A stretch of DNA of 64,000 nt from a virus (lineage: Duplodnaviria > Caudoviricetes). The position numbers and the translations under genes were made by a program. The notes beneath the pieces are model-generated. The model was given only the letters and a program-made list of their open reading frames with translations. It was not told the origin of the DNA and ran no database searches. Below are positions 56,144-64,000 of this stretch, one piece after another. The stretch spans positions 7,496-71,495 of IMG/VR virus record IMGVR_UViG_3300037067_007163. One strand, written 5' to 3'. Every line of letters starts with the position of its first letter. Within the stretch, counting starts at the first letter, position 1.

Positions 56144-56652
56144 GTAAGTCTAAAAAAGAACAATCCACCAAAGAAGAGATAGCTTACATTGGCATTGACC
56201 CAGGTAAGTCTGGTGGCATTGCTGTTCTATTTGGTAAGGAAGTAATTACTACAAAGATGCCAGAAACAGAAGGTGACGTGCTGCATTGGATCAAGACTCA
56301 TTCCCTTAATGCAGTGGCTGTCATCGAAAAGGTGGGTGGCTATGTTGGCAAAGGCAAAGATGGCAAGGGAGGACAGCCTGGGTCTGCCATGTTTGTTTTT
56401 GGTATGGGGTATGGTGGACTACGTATGGCGTTGTTAGCTTGCTCTGTTCCCTTTGAAGACCATACTCCACAACGATGGCAAAAGGCAATTATGAAGTCTT
56501 CAAGGGGTAAGAGCGAAACAAAGAGTCAGTGGAAAAATCGTTGCAAAGCAAAAGCACAACAACTCTTCCCCACCCAAAAAGTTACTTTAGCAACAGCAGA
56601 TGCTTTATTGATTGCCCTCTATTGCAAAAGACTTCATGAAGGCACATTGTGA
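56131..56652 (+). CDS. ruvC: RuvC-like Holliday junction resolvase
   Basis: IGIDPGKSGG, AVIEKV, TPQRWQK, ADALLIA. Confidence 0.85.
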   Translation: MPKVGKSKKEQSTKEEIAYIGIDPGKSGGIAVLFGKEVITTKMPETEGDVLHWIKTHSLNAVAVIEKVGGYVGKGKDGKGGQPGSAMFVFGMGYGGLRMALLACSVPFEDHTPQRWQKAIMKSSRGKSETKSQWKNRCKAKAQQLFPTQKVTLATADALLIALYCKRLHEGTL

Positions 56653-56918
56653 TGCCAAAGACGCATCTTAATCCCATGTTTTTACCATTAGATGCTATTG
56701 CCGTTTACGGAACACCAGAGCAACTGAAAGAGTTGTCCGCTGCTGTTGATGAATACAATCAAATGCTTTCTGCTGATTTATTGGGCAATAGATTAGCAGC
56801 AGAAATCATTTTGCGCGATCATTCTCGTAGAATTGTGGTACCTTCCGTAAGTGAATGGTGTGGTGTTAATTGGTTGGAGTATGACAGTAAACTAAAAAGG
56901 GACTACAACAATGCCTAA
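56649..56918 (+). CDS. Hypothetical protein
   Basis: Coupled ORF. Confidence 0.5.
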   Translation: MMPKTHLNPMFLPLDAIAVYGTPEQLKELSAAVDEYNQMLSADLLGNRLAAEIILRDHSRRIVVPSVSEWCGVNWLEYDSKLKRDYNNA

Positions 56919-57081
56919 AGAATATTTAGGTGACAGTGTTTATGTTGAAGTAGTGGAAGGTGGATTGAAGCTAACTACTGAAAATGGTGAGGAACCAAAC
57001 AACACAATCTGGTTAGAAAAGGAAGTGTTTAATGCTTTGGTATTATTCACCAGACAAGAACAAGTAAGAGAGGTGTTTTAA
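56911..57081 (+). CDS. Hypothetical protein (56 aa, below track cutoff)
   Basis: MPKEYLGDSVYVEV...NTIWLE.EV pattern. Confidence 0.55.
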   Translation: MPKEYLGDSVYVEVVEGGLKLTTENGEEPNNTIWLEKEVFNALVLFTRQEQVREVF

Positions 57082-57082
57082 C

Positions 57083-57319
57083 GTGGTTGAACATATTAAA
57101 GATACCAGTTGCAATGGTAATTGCGGAGGAACTTGTAACATTTGCTGCTTGTTCATTTGTAAGGTGTGTGGATTGTATGAAGGTAGTTTAACAACAGAAT
57201 GTCCTGGTGTTCCTTCTTACAAAGACCATGCAGCTAAAGTCTATGCTGGATTAGAAGACTTCATTGATGGCAAGTGGATTGAAAAGAAACCAGAGGAGCA
57301 ATGGAATGGTAATCATTAG
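57083..57319 (+). CDS. Cys-rich small protein
   Basis: C..C..CC...CKVCG..EGSLTTECPG. Confidence 0.6.
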   Translation: MVEHIKDTSCNGNCGGTCNICCLFICKVCGLYEGSLTTECPGVPSYKDHAAKVYAGLEDFIDGKWIEKKPEEQWNGNH

Positions 57320-58193
57320 AACAAAGAAATTACAATCTTCTCTTTCTCCTTATCAGAAGCACAAGAATAAGTGGAGTGATTGCACACGTTGCCATTTATG
57401 TAGGGGTAGGCAACACGTTGTCTTGTGTCGAGGTAAGATACCTTGTGACATATTGCTGGCAGGTGAAGCACCAGGGGTTTCCGAAGATGTCATAGGTATT
57501 CCTTTCACAGGGCCTGCAGGGCACCTGCTTGAGCAAATGATTACCAGAGCTTGGGATGGTCAGTTTGATTACTGTATTACCAATGTTGTTGGTTGTCTTC
57601 CATTAGTTACTTCTCCCGTAGTTGTCAATGCAAAGACGGAAGAGTATGACCTAATGATAGACAGGTCGTCGGAATGGGGCAATCCATTTATCATTACAAA
57701 GACTCGTAACCGTTGGCAGGTTATTGAAGACTATCGTGACTGGTTGTCTAAGCAAACAAGTCTGTTGAAGAAGATTCCTACTCTTGCAGGTAAACGATTG
57801 GGATGCCACTGCAAGCCTTTGGCCTGTCACGGTGATGTGATTGTAGAAACATTCAATCGACTGGTTGACAAAGAAAAGATGGCAGAACCACCAGAAGATG
57901 CTATCAAGGCTTGTATGCCAAAACTACAAGAAATGGTGATGATGTGTAAACCTAAACTTATTGTCACTATTGGCAAGCTAGCAGACAAATGGGTCCCCAA
58001 GGCTGTAGAAGGGTTGTTTGGGCTATCTACCTCGTCACAGGATCGTAGTTGTCTTAAGAAAATGGGTTGGAAGAAACCACGATGGTGTTCAATTCTCCAC
58101 CCTGCTTTTATATTGAGACTAGATCCTAGTCAACAAGGTCTAGCAATTCAAAAATCTGTTGTGTCTCTAGAAGACGCTGTAATAGATTTATAA
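57306..58193 (+). CDS. Family-4 uracil-DNA glycosylase with an inserted DUF4326-like domain
   Basis: CTRCHLC, GEAPG.SED..G.PF.GPAG, TNVVGC, HPAFILR; insert WGNPF...LAGKRLGCHCKPLACHGDV. Confidence 0.85.
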   Translation: MVIIRTKKLQSSLSPYQKHKNKWSDCTRCHLCRGRQHVVLCRGKIPCDILLAGEAPGVSEDVIGIPFTGPAGHLLEQMITRAWDGQFDYCITNVVGCLPLVTSPVVVNAKTEEYDLMIDRSSEWGNPFIITKTRNRWQVIEDYRDWLSKQTSLLKKIPTLAGKRLGCHCKPLACHGDVIVETFNRLVDKEKMAEPPEDAIKACMPKLQEMVMMCKPKLIVTIGKLADKWVPKAVEGLFGLSTSSQDRSCLKKMGWKKPRWCSILHPAFILRLDPSQQGLAIQKSVVSLEDAVIDL

Positions 58194-58219
58194 ATTGTTT
58201 TCACAGTTAGGAGTACATA

Positions 58220-58438
58220 ATGTACAACTCAACAAGTCATTGTCATGAGTACCATTATGAAATTGTTGGGTTTGCGCCTAGAACAGATATTGATATAGGA
58301 CGATGGGGATTTGGCATCAATCTATCAGCAAAGTATGCAGCATCACTGAAAAGTGTGCCAATCAATAAGAAACTAATCCTTACCCTACATGTCCAATGTC
58401 ACCAAGCATTAAGGCAGTTTTGGGTAAGGGGTACTTAG
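58220..58438 (+). CDS. Hypothetical protein
   Basis: AGGAG SD. Confidence 0.5.
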   Translation: MYNSTSHCHEYHYEIVGFAPRTDIDIGRWGFGINLSAKYAASLKSVPINKKLILTLHVQCHQALRQFWVRGT

Positions 58439-58719
58439 ACTTGTTTGACAGAAGTTACCCACACCTACAATTTTGGGAAGACACTTGTCTACTAACTAAC
58501 CTTTCTGTGCCAGGCAATGCTTGTGGGCTAGACATGGATTGGAACGCATTTAATAATCTTGGTAATCATACACCAACACATGACTGTATAGAGTATTACC
58601 CACACAATGTGGATACAATGCAACAATCTGTGGGTCTACTGGCTGTGTGGACTACGTGGTATGACTTATCAAACACTCTACGAGAATTGTGCATTAAAGA
58701 CGATTTGCCCACCGCTTAG
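58396..58719 (+). CDS. Hypothetical protein
   Basis: ORF in operon. Confidence 0.4.
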   Translation: MSPSIKAVLGKGYLDLFDRSYPHLQFWEDTCLLTNLSVPGNACGLDMDWNAFNNLGNHTPTHDCIEYYPHNVDTMQQSVGLLAVWTTWYDLSNTLRELCIKDDLPTA

Positions 58720-58787
58720 TTTTTCTTCATAGAAAATCCAGTGGGGGCAAAATTACTTTTAGAATCGTAGTATAATAGAAGGTTCCT

Positions 58788-58847
58788 GCGGCAGGGCAGT
58801 CCGTAGCCCTTAGTCTTAGGGACGAGTGATTCTCGTGGCTGCCGCTG
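58788..58847 (+). ncRNA. Three-way-junction structured RNA candidate
   Basis: GCGGCAG/CTGCCGC closing stem, CCCT/AGGG and ACGAG/CTCGT hairpins, just after TATAAT. Confidence 0.4.
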
Positions 58848-59118
58848 TCACACTTTTATTTTCAAAGGTGAATTATGACACTATTAGAGCTAAGAAACTT
58901 GTTGACTTGGCGGATGGTAAGTTATCCTTGGCCAAATGAAGTAGGTTGTCAAGTGATTGAGGATTTGCTGAATAAGGAATCTCGAAAAGTAGGATTCTAA
59001 GATTGGATAGAAGCTTATCACAAGATTCCTGAACCGTCTGTTGATACTTCTGTTGCTGAAGCGGCAAAGAAAGGTTTTAACACTACATTTACAGACCAAG
59101 ATACTTAATGGGTGTATT

Positions 59119-59451
59119 ATGTTTGCTTTCATAACAGGCAGCAGAGCATATGGCAATGTTAAACCTTTCTCGGACATAGATTTAGTGGTAAGAGTTGATG
59201 AAGCAACCGCTCAAAAGTTACGCAATCTATCAGATACACCACAAAAGAATGAGTGTGGGTATGTAGTGGTTAGGTTTGGTAGACTGAATTTGATTCTTTG
59301 TGAAACAGATGTTCAATTCTCCATTTGGAAATTGGGCACTGAGGGATTAGTGTATCAAAAGAAACCAAGTGACAAGGTTGTTGCCAAAGAGACTTTTGAT
59401 GTACTAAGAAGAATTGTTGGATTACCTGATGCTGGAGACTCACGTGATTAG
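59119..59451 (+). CDS. Minimal nucleotidyltransferase-like protein
   Basis: ITGSRAYG...SDIDLVV (GS..DxD). Confidence 0.75.
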   Translation: MFAFITGSRAYGNVKPFSDIDLVVRVDEATAQKLRNLSDTPQKNECGYVVVRFGRLNLILCETDVQFSIWKLGTEGLVYQKKPSDKVVAKETFDVLRRIVGLPDAGDSRD

Positions 59452-59548
59452 GAATGGGTAAGTAGTCATGAAGGATCAATATGCAGAACCCGAAGTCACT
59501 GTATCCTGTAGTAAATCGTATCAGTGAGCAAATTTAGGAAATTAAATC

Positions 59549-60739
59549 ATGCCAGTGAGAATGCCAAAGTCAGCTTCTACACTTAGTACCAAAATTAAGC
59601 AATCAGGAATCAAGCTGCAAAAACCTAAAACAGAGCCAGTGTGGGCAGGCCCTTGTGATGAAGGGGAAACTGGCGGAATCACACAAAGCATGTTGTCGTT
59701 ATGGATTTGTTGCAGAGAACGTGCTAGGCTACGATGGATTGAAGGCATTGACGCCATTGATACCTTTTCACAACGTATGGAATATGGTTCCATGTGGCAC
59801 ACCTGCGAGGAGGCGTTGGCTGCAAATGTTAAGTCAGAAAAGTTTCAACGACCAGGTGAATTTTTTGGTTTACTGACCAAGTACTGTCAGAAACTTTGTG
59901 AAAAGTATCCTACACAGCAGCAGCAAGTTGTACATTGGTATAATGTATGTAAAGTACAATTTCCAATCTATGTGAACTACTGGCGTAAGCACCCAGATGT
60001 TAAGGATCGGACGCCATTGCTACAGGAACAAGTGTTTCATGTGCCCTATCAGTTGCCTTCAGGTCGAATAGTATGGTTGCGTGGTAAGTGGGACAGCGTT
60101 GATCTTATTGGCAAGGGTAAGACTGCTGGTATATTTCTACAAGAAAACAAGTCCAAGGGAGACATTAAAGAAGAACAGATGAAGAGACAGCTGGGATTTG
60201 ACTTGCAAACATTTCTCTACTTAACTGCACTAAAAATATATTGCAAGCAAGAAGGTGACGTTGCTTTAACAAGAAACCAATTAAAGGGGTTTAGGTACAA
60301 CGTCATTCGCCGTCCACTGAGTGGAGGCAAACACAGCATATCGCAAAAAAAGCCAACTAAATCCAACACTACTGGTGAAACTAACGCTGAGTTTTACCAA
60401 AGGTTAGGTAATATCATACAAGAAGAATCTGATTCTGCCACTAAAGAAAAGCGGGACTGCTTTTTCTTTTACCGTTGGAAAGTTGAAGTGTCTTCAGCTG
60501 ACTTGCTTAGGTTTGAGCACGAGTTTCTTATTCCTTGCCTCGAACAACTTTGTGATTGGCATGAATGGGTGTCTTCTGGAGATCCTTGGCGTAAGGGCAA
60601 CAAGTTACATTGGAGAACACCATATGGGATCTATTCACCACTTTCAGAGGGAAAAAGTACTGATGTTGATCAATATCTTGACACCGGATCTGAGATTGGT
60701 TTGATAAGGGGTTCACCTTTGTTTGGGGAATTACAATAA
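59549..60739 (+). CDS. PD-(D/E)xK Cas4/RecB-like exonuclease
   Basis: C.ERARL, LRGKWD, ENKSKG, LQTFLY; upstream of the AAA_24 ATPase. Confidence 0.75.
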   Translation: MPVRMPKSASTLSTKIKQSGIKLQKPKTEPVWAGPCDEGETGGITQSMLSLWICCRERARLRWIEGIDAIDTFSQRMEYGSMWHTCEEALAANVKSEKFQRPGEFFGLLTKYCQKLCEKYPTQQQQVVHWYNVCKVQFPIYVNYWRKHPDVKDRTPLLQEQVFHVPYQLPSGRIVWLRGKWDSVDLIGKGKTAGIFLQENKSKGDIKEEQMKRQLGFDLQTFLYLTALKIYCKQEGDVALTRNQLKGFRYNVIRRPLSGGKHSISQKKPTKSNTTGETNAEFYQRLGNIIQEESDSATKEKRDCFFFYRWKVEVSSADLLRFEHEFLIPCLEQLCDWHEWVSSGDPWRKGNKLHWRTPYGIYSPLSEGKSTDVDQYLDTGSEIGLIRGSPLFGELQ

Positions 60740-60765
60740 CACTAAATCTACCAATCAAACTTATC

Positions 60766-61014
60766 ATGGATAGTGATACACTAGAAAAAGTTCGTGATTT
60801 GGGGCACCTGTCTCAATTGGCATCGAAGAGACAATCTATTGTCATGATTGGTTGTGGTAGAGATTGTGTTGGTCACGCTGGTCGTACACCAGCTGCTTGG
60901 GCAATAAATTGGTCTGGTCAAATGATTCAACAGCTATTACCCTACATGTTTGTCTATAGACCAAAGGAAAAGAAAAGTGCCGAAAGCTCCACCGAAGAAA
61001 AAATTAGCCTCTAA
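60766..61014 (+). CDS. Hypothetical protein
   Basis: ORF in operon. Confidence 0.5.
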   Translation: MDSDTLEKVRDLGHLSQLASKRQSIVMIGCGRDCVGHAGRTPAAWAINWSGQMIQQLLPYMFVYRPKEKKSAESSTEEKISL

Positions 61015-61204
61015 GAAAAGAGGTAAAATAATCGTCCCTTCTCAACGTCTAACTATTCGAGACTTAGCAGCAGAGATGGAGCGAATAAAATCCTTGCTGA
61101 TAGAAGCCACTAGGAATTTAGATCATTTATGGGTACAGTTGTACACGGTTGGCTTAGATGATCGTGGCCCAATTGTAGAAGATAAGACAGACATTCCATT
61201 CTAA
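60950..61204 (+). CDS. Hypothetical protein
   Basis: Basic N-terminus, coiled coil, ends DIPF; true start may be later. Confidence 0.45.
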   Translation: MSIDQRKRKVPKAPPKKKLASKKRGKIIVPSQRLTIRDLAAEMERIKSLLIEATRNLDHLWVQLYTVGLDDRGPIVEDKTDIPF

Positions 61205-61206
61205 TT

Positions 61207-61494
61207 GTGATTGGTAGGTGCCAAATGAGACTTGTAGATGACTTAATGTGGTGGATGGCAAAGCACGGTAGCCAACTATCTATAGAACCAATTGAAGACA
61301 TCACTGGCAAGACTGTTGATTTCAAGATTCAGTTGGACACAATGTACAATGGAAAGCTGCTACGTGCCCGCGATTACGTTGCAGCGACCCATCTGAATAG
61401 TGATGATGCAATGGAGAATTGCTTGGCAAATATGATCTCAGAAGTAGAAACTTTGATGGAAGTTAATGGAGAAACAAGATGCCAAAAATTGTGA
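61207..61494 (+). CDS. Hypothetical protein
   Basis: ORF in operon. Confidence 0.45.
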   Translation: MIGRCQMRLVDDLMWWMAKHGSQLSIEPIEDITGKTVDFKIQLDTMYNGKLLRARDYVAATHLNSDDAMENCLANMISEVETLMEVNGETRCQKL

Positions 61495-62324
61495 AGCAAA
61501 CGAGTCATAAGGTGGTAAAGACTGGCAGTGTGTGGGATAGAATAGTTCCTGCATCAGAACAATTAGAAACAGGTCACCGCGTGCTTGTATATGGACCTTC
61601 AGGAACTGGTAAGACCACGTTTGCCTGTAGTTTTCCGAAACCCCTGCTGATGGTCAGACCAGAACGAGCAGAAGATGGAACTCGTAGTGTGCGAACAGTG
61701 AAGGGTGTAGAGGTTACACCCTATCTGACTTCACCGAATCAATTAGACGAGATTGTAGAGGCACAACAAGAATCTAAACGGTACAAGACCATTGTATTGG
61801 ATGGCATTACGAAGTTTCAAGACCTAGTGTTGAAAAAGATTTTAGATTTGTCAGCAGTGCCAGAACAATTGTCTTGGGGCGTAGCAACTCAACAAACTTG
61901 GAGTATTGTTAGTAATGAACTCAAGTCACATCTGAGAAAGTTTCTACAGCTGACAGAAGATGGTGTGCATGTAGTAATAGTTGGCGGTGAACGATCGCTA
62001 AACACTGGTGATGAAAATCCTAGCATTCTGTTAGCACCAACAATTATGGTAGCACTGACCCCCTCCTCCATGGGATGGCTACATGAGGTAATGGACTACA
62101 ACGTCAATACATTCATTCGCCGGAAGACAGAGCACCGCAGTATTAAGATTGGTGGTAAGGAAGTCAAGAAAGAAGTGTTGACCAACGATTGTGAGTTTTG
62201 TCTTCGCACTGCTCCTGACCCATTGTTTCAAATCAAATGGGGTGCTGGTCGTGATCATCCAGCACCTGGCATAATGACAGATCCCACGTTCGAAAAACTA
62301 GACAAGGCTATTCGTGGTTCTTAG
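61479..62324 (+). CDS. AAA_24/Sak4-like ATPase (recombinase)
   Basis: LVYGPSGTGKTTFA, TIVLDGIT. Confidence 0.85.
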   Translation: MPKIVKQTSHKVVKTGSVWDRIVPASEQLETGHRVLVYGPSGTGKTTFACSFPKPLLMVRPERAEDGTRSVRTVKGVEVTPYLTSPNQLDEIVEAQQESKRYKTIVLDGITKFQDLVLKKILDLSAVPEQLSWGVATQQTWSIVSNELKSHLRKFLQLTEDGVHVVIVGGERSLNTGDENPSILLAPTIMVALTPSSMGWLHEVMDYNVNTFIRRKTEHRSIKIGGKEVKKEVLTNDCEFCLRTAPDPLFQIKWGAGRDHPAPGIMTDPTFEKLDKAIRGS

Positions 62325-62361
62325 TTGTTAATTCTATTTTCTTTTGCAAGGAGGCTTAATT

Positions 62362-62589
62362 GTGCTTGTGTTATCTAGAAAACGTAACAAAAGCATTATG
62401 GTTGGAGATGGCATTAAAGTAACGGTTGTTGAAATCAGAGGAGAAAAAGTACGATTGGGATTTGAATGTGACAAGGGTGTTCCAGTACACAGGCAAGAAG
62501 TTTGGGAAGCAATCAAGAGAGGAGACCCACCAAAGATTCCGCAAGAAGTTACCCAACCAAATTCTGCATTGTCTAGCGAAGCAGTATAA
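62362..62589 (+). CDS. csrA: Carbon storage regulator CsrA
   Basis: MLVLSRKRNKSIMVGD...VRLGF..D..VPVHRQEV; AGGAGG SD before GTG. Confidence 0.9.
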   Translation: MLVLSRKRNKSIMVGDGIKVTVVEIRGEKVRLGFECDKGVPVHRQEVWEAIKRGDPPKIPQEVTQPNSALSSEAV

Positions 62590-62631
62590 TAGTTCTAAGT
62601 TTTTGTAACCATTTCTAAGAGGATGAGTAAA

Positions 62632-63705
62632 ATGCCCAAGCAAGTTTCAACAAGCAGTTTGGCCGCTCGTATTAAGGCCAAGGCAAAGAAGTCGTTTGAC
62701 ACAGCAAAAACTGCTGAGCCAACCTATGATACTGGAGGCAATTTGCCAACTGGTATTGAAGGTGGTATTGCACAGTTGGTGGACTGCTGTGTCAAGAAGA
62801 TCAAGGAAGGAAAGAGCAACGCTGGTGAGTTGATGTTCTTCGCAGCAGGTGTTGTAGTTAGCCCAGAAGAAGTCAATGGTGTTCACATCAAGGGACTCCG
62901 CACTTCAATCATGGAACCCTTGTATGACACCCCGACTCGTAGTCGGAAGACGTTCGGGGAGCACTTGGATTGGGTTATGAACGAGATGAAGAAGCTCGGG
63001 GCAGACCTCAGCGAAGTTTCGGAAGATGAGTTGGAAGGTGTTATGGCTGATCTGAAAGAGGCAAGGCCCTATTTCCGCTTCCGCACCTGGTCTGGAAGCA
63101 AACAAGAGATTGTACCTGACGGTAACAAGTGGAAGGTTGGAAACAATACCTATCCATCAGAAGATGCTGCCAAAGCTGCCAATCCGTTTGCTGGTCGTGA
63201 ACCGACGGTAAACCACACTTGGAACGGTATCAAGGGTTTAGAGGATTACATGTCCGATGAACCTGAGGGTGCTGTGGTTGACGAAACCGTTGAAGAACCT
63301 GCTGAAGAAGCAAAAGAATCTGCTGCTGAAGAGGGTGATGGCAACGATCTTTCTACCTTGGCTGAGCAAGCTGACGGCGGTGACGAAGATGCCCAACGTG
63401 AGCTGGAAAAACTGGCCAAGGAAGCAGACGTGGATGCTGCTAACATTGCTACGTGGGCTGAGGTAGCTGAGGCCATTCAAGCTGCCAGTGGTAGTGGTGA
63501 AGAGGCTGAATCTGAAGAAGAGGCTGAGGAAGAGCCCACTATCCCTGAGAAGGGTGATGTGTATTCCTTCAAGGCTAAGGGCAAGAAAAAGGCAGTAGAC
63601 CATGAAGTGGTTGCTGTGTTGCCCAAAGCCAAAACCGTCACCCTGAAAAACTTGGATGACTCAAGTTTGGTCAAGGGTATTGCTTGGTCGGAATTGGTTG
63701 GGTAG
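62632..63705 (+). CDS. Putative ssDNA-binding/recombination-module protein with acidic linker
   Basis: Follows the AAA_24 ATPase; OB-like N-domain, long acidic region. Function inferred from synteny. Confidence 0.5.
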   Translation: MPKQVSTSSLAARIKAKAKKSFDTAKTAEPTYDTGGNLPTGIEGGIAQLVDCCVKKIKEGKSNAGELMFFAAGVVVSPEEVNGVHIKGLRTSIMEPLYDTPTRSRKTFGEHLDWVMNEMKKLGADLSEVSEDELEGVMADLKEARPYFRFRTWSGSKQEIVPDGNKWKVGNNTYPSEDAAKAANPFAGREPTVNHTWNGIKGLEDYMSDEPEGAVVDETVEEPAEEAKESAAEEGDGNDLSTLAEQADGGDEDAQRELEKLAKEADVDAANIATWAEVAEAIQAASGSGEEAESEEEAEEEPTIPEKGDVYSFKAKGKKKAVDHEVVAVLPKAKTVTLKNLDDSSLVKGIAWSELVG

Positions 63706-63722
63706 CTTTCGTTGTGGGTGGC

Positions 63723-63818
63723 CAGTGCAGGGTGATAGACCGCTTCCTATCAGTTGGTAAACTTACTTCTAGGACGCCAATTGATATGGGGAGGTGGGTG
63801 CGAGCCCCACATGCACTG
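63723..63818 (+). ncRNA. tRNA-like structured RNA (non-canonical)
   Basis: CAGTGCA/TGCACTG stem, TGATAG/CTATCA hairpin, GTGGG-TGCGAGC-CCCAC 5-bp/7-nt arm. Confidence 0.45.
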
Positions 63819-63858
63819 CTTTGTGGCACTAAGTGACATTTATTAAAAGGAAGACGAC

Positions 63859-64000
63859 ATGAACGAAGAACGAATGATGAAGTGGTTTGAATTTGAGCAT
63901 TTGCCAGAGCACCTCAAAGCAGCGTCGGCGAGGTTCTGGGATATAGCGTGCCAAATCACGGCCACCATTGAGCCAGGTCCAGAGCGAACGGTTGCTCTTC
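63859..64000 (+). CDS. Conserved small phage protein (3' truncated)
   Basis: FEFEHLPEHL...PGPERTVAL. Confidence 0.65.
   Translation, partial: MNEERMMKWFEFEHLPEHLKAASARFWDIACQITATIEPGPERTVAL

Noticed and set aside
59549-60739. CRISPR Cas4
   Set aside because: No array or other cas genes; sits in a standard exonuclease/AAA_24/SSB recombination module.

Overview
A 64-kb segment of a tailed dsDNA phage, siphovirus-like (HK97-fold capsid, non-contractile tail, 617-aa tape measure). No host housekeeping genes, integrase, terminase or portal are recognisable in the window. A Planctomycetota host is an inference from the pseudopilin-like gene and the style of several small Cys-rich proteins. Layout: (1) 1-11.6 kb head module with a giant MuF/gp7 polyprotein (truncated at the left edge) carrying several enzyme domains, a bacterioferritin homolog, HNH, a DUF2213-type prohead protease/scaffold, a decoration protein and an encapsulin-like major capsid protein; (2) 11.7-29.1 kb connector and tail genes, interrupted by a ~7-kb block of membrane, protease and beta-helix genes; (3) a leftward three-gene cassette with a type IV/T2SS pseudopilin-like gene; (4) a ~13-kb glycan cluster (about 6 glycosyltransferases, two radical SAM enzymes, a methyltransferase, and the full FnlABC UDP-L-FucNAc pathway) with no flippase or polymerase; (5) leftward early genes (SF1 helicase, pyrimidine-dimer glycosylase-like, ParB-like) and rightward recombination/repair genes (RuvC, UDG, Cas4-like exonuclease, AAA_24 ATPase, CsrA). 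Top leads: a predicted Asn-specific maturation code that would cut the MuF polyprotein into effector domains, the self-contained glycosylation cluster, the capsid/bacterioferritin pairing, and the captured pseudopilin. All assignments come from motifs read by eye; no searches were run.
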